Source: an uncultured Methanosarcinales archaeon (GTDB taxonomy: Archaea > Nanobdellota > Nanobdellia > Woesearchaeales > DSVV01). From it: a stretch of DNA of 63,175 nucleotides. The notes under the pieces are model-generated. The model did not search any database and had not been told where the DNA came from. It saw only the letters and a list, made by a program, of their open reading frames with translations. The stretch covers positions 1-63,175 of the forward strand of contig CAYMIF010000004.1 in assembly GCA_964390375.1 (NCBI GenBank), written 5' to 3'. Positions within the stretch are counted from its first letter, which is position 1. Every line of letters begins with the position of its first letter. This document shows, one piece after another, positions 18,258 to 26,210 of the stretch. The position numbers were made by a program, and so were the translations under genes.

Positions 18258-18272
18258 GAACAAAGGTGATCC

Positions 18273-19670
18273 ATGATGAAAAAACAACAGCAGGACAACA
18301 GGACAATCTTGACCGACCTATACCAGCTGACCATGAATGCAGCATATTTCGACAACGATAAGGATGACGAGGCGACATTTGACCTCTTCATCCGGAAGCT
18401 GCCGGAGGATTGGGGTTATTACCTGGCTGCAGGCATAGAGGATGCGATTGACTACTTGACAAGCATCAGGTTCGAGGATGATGACATCGAATACCTAAAA
18501 GAGCAGGGCATCTTCAATGAGGAATATCTTGAGTTCCTGAAAGATTTTCGTTTCGAGGGAGATGTCTATGCAGTCAGGGAGGGAACACCCATTTTCCCTA
18601 ACGAGCCGGTCCTCCGCGTGACAGCCAAGCGGACCCAGGCGCAGTTTGTGGAGACAGCGCTTCTCAACATGATAAACTTCCAGACAATGGTCGCGACAAA
18701 AGCAAATCGTGTAGCATGTGCTGCAGCGCCTGCCAAGGTCGTCGACTTCGGCCTCAGGCGTGCGCAGGAAGAGGACGCGGCTATGAAAGGCGCAAGAGCA
18801 GCATATGTCGGAGGAGCGGTTGCCACCTCGAATGTCAAGGCAGGAAAGGAATACAGGATCCCTATAACCGGAACCCATGCCCATGCGTTCGTCATGGGTT
18901 TTCCGACAGAGCTTGACGCCTTCCGTGCATATGCCAAGACATTTCCAGAAAAGCCCACGCTCCTGATAGATACATATGACACAGAGCAGGGAGCAAGGAA
19001 TGCAGCGATAGTCGGAAAAGAGCTTGAGCAGCAGGGAAGACAGCTTGGTGCAGTCCGCCTGGACTCTGGCGACCTCGCAGATCTTGCGACCAGGGTCAGG
19101 CAGATCCTGGACGAGCAGGGGCAGGAACACGTAAGGATCCTCGCAAGCAACGACCTCAATGAATACAAGATCCAGGCGCTGAGAGATACCGGCGCTCCGA
19201 TCGATGGTTATGGTGTCGGGACAGAGATGATAACAGCAAAGCCGGTAGCAGCGATCCCTGGAGTATACAAGCTTGCTGAAGACGAGGACGGAGCAAAGAT
19301 CAAGCTCAGCACAGGAAAACGCACCCTGCCGGGAAAAAAGCAGGTATACAGGCAGGAGGACGAGCACGGAGTGTACAGAAGAGATATCATAGCTACAGCA
19401 GATGAGCAGGCAGAAGGGACACCGCTGCTTGAGCTCGCAGTACAGTATGGAAAAAGGGCCAGGCAAAAGCCTGCACTCGCAGACACAAGAGAATACGCAC
19501 TCGCAGAGGTCCAAAAGCTGCCCGAAGAGCTCAGGCAGACCAAAGTCAGGGCAGGATATGCTGTCGATATAGCGCCAAAGCTCATCGATCTGACAGATAT
19601 GCTCGCAGAGCAGTACAGGACACAGGCAGTTGCTTATGGCACTGTTAGTGTAAAAAACACACAAAGGTGA
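18273..19670 (+). CDS. pncB: Nicotinate phosphoribosyltransferase
   Basis: TDLYQLTM, DFGLRRA, ATSNV, GTHAHA, LIDTYD, VRLDSGDL, ASNDLNE, GVGT, GVYKL. Confidence 0.95.
   Translation: MMKKQQQDNRTILTDLYQLTMNAAYFDNDKDDEATFDLFIRKLPEDWGYYLAAGIEDAIDYLTSIRFEDDDIEYLKEQGIFNEEYLEFLKDFRFEGDVYAVREGTPIFPNEPVLRVTAKRTQAQFVETALLNMINFQTMVATKANRVACAAAPAKVVDFGLRRAQEEDAAMKGARAAYVGGAVATSNVKAGKEYRIPITGTHAHAFVMGFPTELDAFRAYAKTFPEKPTLLIDTYDTEQGARNAAIVGKELEQQGRQLGAVRLDSGDLADLATRVRQILDEQGQEHVRILASNDLNEYKIQALRDTGAPIDGYGVGTEMITAKPVAAIPGVYKLAEDEDGAKIKLSTGKRTLPGKKQVYRQEDEHGVYRRDIIATADEQAEGTPLLELAVQYGKRARQKPALADTREYALAEVQKLPEELRQTKVRAGYAVDIAPKLIDLTDMLAEQYRTQAVAYGTVSVKNTQR
19647..19662. promoter_or_regulatory. Third candidate NrtR operator next to the pncA RBS
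   Basis: AGTGTAAAAAACACAC, identical to 18242-18257, followed by AAAGGTGAT RBS. Confidence 0.5.
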
Positions 19671-19675
19671 TAGGA

Positions 19676-20242
19676 ATGGCAAAAGCAGTATTGATAGTTG
19701 ACATGTTGAATGATTTTGTTGAGGAGGACGGAAAGCTCCAGGTTCCAGGAGCGAAAAAGATAGTCGAGAAGATCGGCCAGCTCAGGGGCGCAGCCTATGA
19801 GCAGGGAGTCTATGTGGTCTATGCCAATGACGCGCATACAGTGGACGACCCGGAGTTTCAGACTTTCCCAGAGCATGCGGTCCAGGGAACATACGGAGCG
19901 CAGATAATTACACAGCTTCAGCCGGCCAGGCCAGCCCTAGAAAAGGAGCTGGTGATCAACAAGCAGGACCTCTCTGTATTCACGAATCCTGAAGCAGACA
20001 GGATGCTGAAGCAAAGAGGTATTGACGAGCTTCTGGTGACAGGAGTCGCGACTGAATACTGTGTCCGTGGAGCTACACTCGATGCGCTTGCCAGGCAGTA
20101 CAGGGTCAATGTGGTAGTGGACGCGATCGCTGGAGTGGACATCAACCCAGGAGACCAGTACAGGGCTCTTTTGGAGATGGGCAATGCAGGAGCAAAACCG
20201 ATCTATGCGAATCAGGCATTGGAGCAGATGGTTAAAAGATGA
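19676..20242 (+). CDS. pncA: Nicotinamidase (isochorismatase-family cysteine hydrolase)
   Basis: VDMLNDF, D-x-H, PEHAVQGT, K, GVATEYCV catalytic motifs; lies between pncB and nadE. Confidence 0.88.
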   Translation: MAKAVLIVDMLNDFVEEDGKLQVPGAKKIVEKIGQLRGAAYEQGVYVVYANDAHTVDDPEFQTFPEHAVQGTYGAQIITQLQPARPALEKELVINKQDLSVFTNPEADRMLKQRGIDELLVTGVATEYCVRGATLDALARQYRVNVVVDAIAGVDINPGDQYRALLEMGNAGAKPIYANQALEQMVKR

Positions 20243-20252
20243 GGAGAAGAAG

Positions 20253-21149
20253 ATGACAAAGACACTTGATGACAGGATACTGCTTCCTGAGATGGACCCT
20301 AAAACTGTTGCAGATGAGATCGGAGAATTCATAGTAAGCAGGTTGAAGAGAGTCAATGCCGCTGGCGGAGTGATCGGCCTTTCAGGAGGTGTGGATTCCA
20401 CGACAGCCGCAGCTCTTGCGAAAAGGGCATTTGACAGGTATAATGCAGAAGGCCCGGAGCAGCAGATGGAACTGGTCGGCTATGTCCTCCCGTCTGAGAC
20501 GAACAATCCAGATGATACACAGGACGGCGTAAGGATAGCAGAACAGCTCGGGATCAGGTATGAGGTCCGAAACATCGAGCCGATTGTCGATGCATATGAT
20601 ACGACAAATCCTAAAGCAGTCGGCGTTGACTATCACAAGGGCAATCTCATGTCAAGGATCAGGGCAAACCTCTTGTCGACGAAAGCTGCGACAGAGAAAA
20701 AGACTGTCATCGGCACAGGCAACAGGGATGAGGATTACGGGATAGGCTACTATACGCTTTTCGGCGACGGCGCAGTCCACATGAACCCCATCGGCGGGCT
20801 TCCGAAAAGGCTTGTCTTTAAGATGGCAGACTATCTTGGCTTTCCAGATATCGCAGCAAAGGTCCCAACAGCAGGCCTGGAGCCGGGTCAGACTGACTTT
20901 GGAGACCTCGGCTACAGCTATGCAACAGTAGAGCTCGTGACAGAAGGCCTGGCACAGGGATTTGAGCCTGACCTGCTTGTGGACCATCCTCAGATAAAGG
21001 CCCAGGTTGAGCCGGAGCTGAAGAAATCAAAATACGACCATGTCTATCAGGTGGTGGATGATGTATGCAAAAGACACTATAATGTGGCAGCTGCAAAGGC
21101 AGAGATAATCCATCCTCCGGTAGCAGAGGTGACCCTCAGTTACAGGTGA
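20253..21149 (+). CDS. nadE: NH3-dependent NAD+ synthetase
   Basis: [43 protein letters not shown]. Confidence 0.94.
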   Translation: MTKTLDDRILLPEMDPKTVADEIGEFIVSRLKRVNAAGGVIGLSGGVDSTTAAALAKRAFDRYNAEGPEQQMELVGYVLPSETNNPDDTQDGVRIAEQLGIRYEVRNIEPIVDAYDTTNPKAVGVDYHKGNLMSRIRANLLSTKAATEKKTVIGTGNRDEDYGIGYYTLFGDGAVHMNPIGGLPKRLVFKMADYLGFPDIAAKVPTAGLEPGQTDFGDLGYSYATVELVTEGLAQGFEPDLLVDHPQIKAQVEPELKKSKYDHVYQVVDDVCKRHYNVAAAKAEIIHPPVAEVTLSYR

Positions 21150-22033
21150 ACAGGATGAAGAACAACCCTCACAACGACACGATCGACTGCATCTTCGACA
21201 TCGACAGCACATACACTGTCCTCATCAGAAGGGCCCATGAACCGTTCAGGGGTTATTGGGCGCTTCCTGGTGGAAGGCTGGGCATAGGAGAGCTGCTCGA
21301 GGACGCAGTTGTCAGGGAAGTCGCTGAGGAGACAGGAGCCAGGATAGAGATCATGGCGCAGCGCATCCCCATGCCAGTCCGTCTCTTCGGCCAGGAAACT
21401 TATCTCGACCAGATCCACACCTATGATTCAGGCAAGGATCCAAGAGGAGGAAGGACGACAGTCTATGCAGTCCAGCTTCACGGACCGCCGGAAGGACTCA
21501 AGAAATCTTTCAGGAACGGAAGCGATGCAGATGACATAAGGATATTTCGGCTTGACCAGCTCCCGCATGAGCTTGCGTTTGATCATTTCAGTTTCATAGA
21601 GGATTATTTCGTCAGGCTAAAACAGTACAAGAACCCACTGCCCGCAGTCGATGCGATAGTCGAATATCAGGGAAAGTTCGTGTACATTGAAAGAGGAGGG
21701 ACTCCGTCTGGAAAAGCCCTTCCAGGAGGCTTTGCCAAGTACGGCAAGAGCTACGAGCAGTCAGTGATTGAGGAAGTCAAGGAAGAGACCAATCTCGACC
21801 TGCAGATAAGAGGGATGCTCGGGGTTTATTCAGACCCGGCCCGCGACCCGAGAAAGCACATAGCATCCACAGTATTTTTTGGAAAAGCGACAGGAAATCT
21901 TAGGTTTGGTGATGACGCAAAAGGCGGCGGACTGTTCACAGAAGACCATGCTCCGCAGATGGTTTTCGACCATAATAGGATCTATGAGGACTATCTCAGG
22001 TACAAAGGAAACATAGAAGAATATGAAAGATAA
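21146..22033 (+). CDS. Tandem (two-domain) Nudix hydrolase, ADP-ribose pyrophosphatase-like
   Basis: Two Nudix boxes (LPGG...REVAEET and LPGG...EVKEET), each with a DPR loop and AFDH/VFDH ending. Confidence 0.87.
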   Translation: MNRMKNNPHNDTIDCIFDIDSTYTVLIRRAHEPFRGYWALPGGRLGIGELLEDAVVREVAEETGARIEIMAQRIPMPVRLFGQETYLDQIHTYDSGKDPRGGRTTVYAVQLHGPPEGLKKSFRNGSDADDIRIFRLDQLPHELAFDHFSFIEDYFVRLKQYKNPLPAVDAIVEYQGKFVYIERGGTPSGKALPGGFAKYGKSYEQSVIEEVKEETNLDLQIRGMLGVYSDPARDPRKHIASTVFFGKATGNLRFGDDAKGGGLFTEDHAPQMVFDHNRIYEDYLRYKGNIEEYER

Positions 22034-22092
22034 AAAACATATACAAAACGTTTTTACATTTTTATAAGTATGTTAAATATATATAATTTATT

Positions 22093-22335
22093 CACCATCC
22101 TTGGATATGTAAAAAAGGCAGCTGATGCCGGCAAGGGCAGTGCGGCATTCCGGCACAGCCATTGGCCAGCCTGACCCGCAAAGACCAAAAAGCTTGGGGC
22201 TGTCCAGCCATGATTTCGTGAGATGAAAGGCTGTCAGGATAGCGCAAGCTATCTTGATTTGCCTGAATCTTTTGTCCAGGGTGTCATTTTCATAGCGTAA
22301 GCTATGTCGGTCGGCGGACCTAAAACGCGGAGGTA
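22093..22335 (+). ncRNA. Putative structured leader/ncRNA upstream of the Ubl operon
   Basis: Nested stems readable by eye: CCTTGGATA/TGTCCAGGG and AGGCA/TGCCT close four hairpins, one with a GCAA tetraloop; a further GTAA-loop hairpin follows; begins ~25 nt after TTTATAA (22060). Confidence 0.6.
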
Positions 22336-22342
22336 AGCAAAA

Positions 22343-22921
22343 ATGGGAAGCTATGATACAGGTGAATGTTACATCACCCCGAGAAGATCTGAGCCAAGAG
22401 ACGTGGCTCCAAGAAGGGTGCAGCCGCCTGTCCCGACCCCAGAACCAGAAGAGACGACTGATTATGAGGACAACATAGGCGACAGGGCAAGGGACGCGGT
22501 CCAAAATTACGTGCCGCCGACAGGATACGATCCGAATCTGAAGACGATCGTGGCTCTTGGCGGAGGACTGACTCCGGACAGGATCGTGCAGCCGGTCCCG
22601 GATGACGTCAGGGACGGAACACTCATGGATGTCGTCAAGTATCTCATGGGCGATGAGGTCGCGACAAGGACAGAGGACCGGGCTGTGGTCGAGGCTGTCC
22701 AGGCCAGGATGGCAGCGCCGGACTACAGGGTCATAGTCAACAACACATTGAATCTCGGCAACGACAAGATGACCAGGCCGCTTATCCAGTATCTGCAGCA
22801 GAAGGAGCAGCAGGGAGAGGACGGAGCACTGAAGTATAATTTCACCGACCTTGCGATCGTAAGCCAGGATGAGGGCGGCATGAGATACAGGCCGCGGCTT
22901 GAACAGCGGCTCTACAGGTGA
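22343..22921 (+). CDS. Ubiquitin-like (beta-grasp) protein with GG motif and 13-aa C-terminal extension
   Basis: GTLMDVVKYL helix, YRVIVN strand, DLAIVSQDEGG (G178-G179) then MRYRPRLEQRLYR; Pro/acid-rich N-terminus; GGAGGT RBS; context next to E2/JAB/E1. Confidence 0.65.
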   Translation: MGSYDTGECYITPRRSEPRDVAPRRVQPPVPTPEPEETTDYEDNIGDRARDAVQNYVPPTGYDPNLKTIVALGGGLTPDRIVQPVPDDVRDGTLMDVVKYLMGDEVATRTEDRAVVEAVQARMAAPDYRVIVNNTLNLGNDKMTRPLIQYLQQKEQQGEDGALKYNFTDLAIVSQDEGGMRYRPRLEQRLYR

Positions 22922-24495
22922 TTGACTTGGTACAGCTGCAGCTGCCAGCACCCTATCTTTTCCAGATAGATACTCCGCTTTTGCTCTTCAACGGAAGGCT
23001 GCTGCAGCCGAAGTCCCTGACAGATGCTCTTGACAACTATGCAGAGTTCTATGAGAAGCGCTTCAGCCTTGAGGAGATAGTGACTCCGAAAAGGCTGGAG
23101 GAGCTTTATTTTCGTCACAACAAGGCGGCGGTCGAGCAGATGCAGGAGACCTTCATCCAGAGGTATTTCCAGCAGGAGTTCCGTTCAAGGGATTACATAT
23201 CAGAGAATCTGCGGATGAACAAGACCCTGGCCCTGATCGTGGAAAAGGTCCTACCCGTGCTCACAGCAGACAGGCTGGAAGGAAAGATTGAGTCTATCAT
23301 GGCAGAGGATGCCCAGCCGCAGACCTGCAATCAACCGCCGCAGGCGCAGAGGCAGGTAACAGAGATAGAGGTTCCCGAGTCAGTCATGCGCGAGATGCGG
23401 GCAGTACAAAGAAGGCTTATACATCAGGTTGAGCAGGAATACACTGGCATCAGCCTTGAGGACAGGCCAGCTGAAAGCGCGGTAGAGACCAGGGTGCAGG
23501 AGCTTCTGAGACCGACAATAGGCCATTCTGTTGCAGACACCTTTACCCGTCTGTACGAAGGATCTGTCCTGGAGGAGCTCTTGGGGAACAACAATATCAT
23601 GCTGATAAATGGAGATGCCTATTCGCTCGTGTCTGCAAAGGACTTCATATCATATTTTGAAGAAGGGCTGTCAAGAGGTTTTCGAGACAGGATAGGGCAA
23701 TTCCCTGCAACGACAGACCCAAGAAAGATAGCAGAGTTTGTCGAGGCCAACAGGCGCGGGGTAGACCACAGGTACAAGTCAAGGATAATAAACAAGCTAA
23801 ACTCAAGCAGGCTTCGCATCAACAGGAAGTTCTACATACCAATCAGATGGGGAAAGTCTGAGGATCTTGCTCAAAAATACGGTCAGCTTCTTGAGAAGAC
23901 AATGAAGATCCATGCGATTGAGCACAACGAGTACCAGACCCAGCAACTGTACAGGATCGACCAGCAGCGGAAAAGACTCGAGGACATCGCAAGAAGTACA
24001 AGCTATGAACGCAACAATGCAGGTTTCATGCGCCATGGTAATGACTACTATGTCTACTTAATAACGCCGCCTTTTGCCATGGCCAGCCCCCATCTTAGTG
24101 CCAGTGACAGGTATCTGGAATTCCCGCCTGCAAAGATAGGTGTCAGGGTAAAGTACATAGACCGCGGCTCAGGCACGTTCGAGGTCCAGGAACCGGTTGT
24201 CATGAACAGCTACAGGCATCCGTTTGTAGGATCAGAACAGCCTTTCACAGGCATCTGTCTCGGAAGCTGGAGCGGAGCATCACAAGACATTCTGTACAAT
24301 AAACCCCCTGAAGAGAAGATACTGACATACCTTGCGCAGGCCAAGAAGACCCTGATGATGGGCTACAGGACTGGCGGGAACCCCTATCCGAGAAACAAGC
24401 TTCTGCGTTGCAACTGGGACGGCTGGAAGACATTGCAGCAGATCGAGGCCAAGGGCCTTGTCTGCCTGAATGATTATAGGAGGTCATCAAGATGA
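22918..24495 (+). CDS. Large protein with C-terminal E2 (ubiquitin-conjugating)-like domain
   Basis: FPP...HPFV...GICLG (H434, C447) followed by an amphipathic helix and NPY; ~380-aa helical N-terminal region. Confidence 0.65.
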   Translation: MIDLVQLQLPAPYLFQIDTPLLLFNGRLLQPKSLTDALDNYAEFYEKRFSLEEIVTPKRLEELYFRHNKAAVEQMQETFIQRYFQQEFRSRDYISENLRMNKTLALIVEKVLPVLTADRLEGKIESIMAEDAQPQTCNQPPQAQRQVTEIEVPESVMREMRAVQRRLIHQVEQEYTGISLEDRPAESAVETRVQELLRPTIGHSVADTFTRLYEGSVLEELLGNNNIMLINGDAYSLVSAKDFISYFEEGLSRGFRDRIGQFPATTDPRKIAEFVEANRRGVDHRYKSRIINKLNSSRLRINRKFYIPIRWGKSEDLAQKYGQLLEKTMKIHAIEHNEYQTQQLYRIDQQRKRLEDIARSTSYERNNAGFMRHGNDYYVYLITPPFAMASPHLSASDRYLEFPPAKIGVRVKYIDRGSGTFEVQEPVVMNSYRHPFVGSEQPFTGICLGSWSGASQDILYNKPPEEKILTYLAQAKKTLMMGYRTGGNPYPRNKLLRCNWDGWKTLQQIEAKGLVCLNDYRRSSR

Positions 24496-26210
24496 ATCTG
24501 GATCTGAAGATAATGACTGCGCTTCGGGATGAAGAAGACAAGGGTGAGAAGAAGCTTCGCATAACCAGGGGAGCATTTGCCAAGGATAACATGTATGCTA
24601 AGCTCGCATCAAGGATAGCAGGCGGAGGCATGGAATGCTACAGCTACATGTTGAAGCGCGCATCAGGATTCGACGACCTTGTCCGGGACGTATATTTCGC
24701 AGACGACCAGGATGCGATATCATCCCATGTATGGGTGACAGCAGAAGGGGTCAAGCGAGCAGGAGAGATGGCATATGAGCGCGGGATGGAGATTGTAGGC
24801 TGGACGCATTCCCACGGCTCCATGCAGCCATTCCACTCATCATGGGATGAAGAGAACTTCCGTACGATCCTGCATGAGATAGCTACCCAGACAATGTACC
24901 GCAACACAGAGCCTGCATTTGTTATGGAAGGCGAGACACTTAGGGTGGATAGATATGTAATCGAAGGGGTAAAGCAGGCAGGCGGCAGGGTGAAAGTGCT
25001 GGCAAAAGAGGAAAGAGAGCCGTTTGCATTCAGCCTTGTCGTGAATGACCATGATGATTACTATACAGAATGCATAACCAAGACTTATGATTCCCTGAAC
25101 AAAAGATTCATCGTCAATGAACCGTTCCATCCTGAGCTTGAGGTAGTTGATGTTGATGATGACATCCAGTTCGACATACCAGACATGGAATGGGAGATCT
25201 ATGAGAAGCTTAGGATAAACAGGACAGACCCGCACAACCCCACAGCGAAAATATACAGCTGTCCTGAATACACGAGGATAGCCAAAAGATTCTTCGATGT
25301 GGCATCAGGCTATATAAGATCCAATGGCAGGTATAGCAGGCTCTTTGAGTCGCTCTTGACAGGCGATGAGCAGGAATCAAGGTTCCAGATGATAAAGGCT
25401 GCAGAGCCGGGAGAGGCAACTGCAGATATCTCTGACGTGCTCGCTGATTCAAAAGACGAGGCTGTCGGAAACCTTGAGGCAGGCCTGCAGAGGAGCCATT
25501 TCAGGAGATTTAAGGATCCGAACACAAAATACAGGAAATTTGAGCTTCAGAACCTTGTATATCTTCAGATGATGATAGGAGTGATAAAGGCAGGCAATGA
25601 CCAGGCCAGGATCGATTCGCAGGTCAGGCTCTACCAGCAGAGAGCAGATGTTCTTGAGGAATGCGCAAGCATTGCAGAAGGGGCAGTCAAGTCTCTCCCA
25701 AGATATGCCATGGAGGAGTTCACGGACTACAAGGATGAGAAAGGCCATAACTACAGGAGGCTTGTAACAAATATCCTCGCGAACCTCTCTACAGACGCAA
25801 ACTTCCATCTGCTTGATTCAATCAGGAGAGAGACAGGAAAGCATCCGACCTTCGGAAAGAAGAAACAGTTCTTTTTGTATGAAGACAGGGTCAACATATT
25901 CAACCAGCTGGTCAAGGACCTGTACTATATCAGGATAGGCAAGTGCAACTCGCAGTACAATGCAAACATCACAGGGTTCCTGCAGGAATTCCCAGATGCA
26001 TATCTGAACGACCCGAAAAGATGCGACAGCCTGGTAGAGCAGCACGTGCTTCCTGTACGCCAGCAGCCTGATCAGTTCGAAAGATACAGGGATAGTGCTC
26101 TTCGAGAATACGAGCATCAGGAGTCATTGAACCTGAGGTCGATAATCCATTATGTCAAGAGCCTCATTCCGAGGCAGAGGGTGAAGCCGTATGGCGCAGC
26201 AAAGAAATAG
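24492..26210 (+). CDS. JAB/MPN+ (JAMM) metallopeptidase fused to a long helical C-terminal region
   Basis: E48 and H106-x-H108-x7-S116-x2-D119 (GWTHSHGSMQPFHSSWD). Confidence 0.85.
   Translation: MNLDLKIMTALRDEEDKGEKKLRITRGAFAKDNMYAKLASRIAGGGMECYSYMLKRASGFDDLVRDVYFADDQDAISSHVWVTAEGVKRAGEMAYERGMEIVGWTHSHGSMQPFHSSWDEENFRTILHEIATQTMYRNTEPAFVMEGETLRVDRYVIEGVKQAGGRVKVLAKEEREPFAFSLVVNDHDDYYTECITKTYDSLNKRFIVNEPFHPELEVVDVDDDIQFDIPDMEWEIYEKLRINRTDPHNPTAKIYSCPEYTRIAKRFFDVASGYIRSNGRYSRLFESLLTGDEQESRFQMIKAAEPGEATADISDVLADSKDEAVGNLEAGLQRSHFRRFKDPNTKYRKFELQNLVYLQMMIGVIKAGNDQARIDSQVRLYQQRADVLEECASIAEGAVKSLPRYAMEEFTDYKDEKGHNYRRLVTNILANLSTDANFHLLDSIRRETGKHPTFGKKKQFFLYEDRVNIFNQLVKDLYYIRIGKCNSQYNANITGFLQEFPDAYLNDPKRCDSLVEQHVLPVRQQPDQFERYRDSALREYEHQESLNLRSIIHYVKSLIPRQRVKPYGAAKK

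Noticed and set aside
18495-19682. 395-aa minus-strand ORF, and similar long antisense ORFs (e.g. 873-1481, 11060-11725, 45802-46602)
   Set aside because: They lie opposite well-supported genes and have no recognisable motifs
22055-22092. Possible NrtR box at the Ubl-operon promoter
   Set aside because: No GT-N7-AC core found, so direct NrtR control of this promoter is unsupported
22088-22951. 287-aa minus-strand ORF over the leader RNA and Ubl gene
   Set aside because: Antisense shadow; the plus-strand gene has an RBS, operon coupling and a meaningful motif, while this ORF has none
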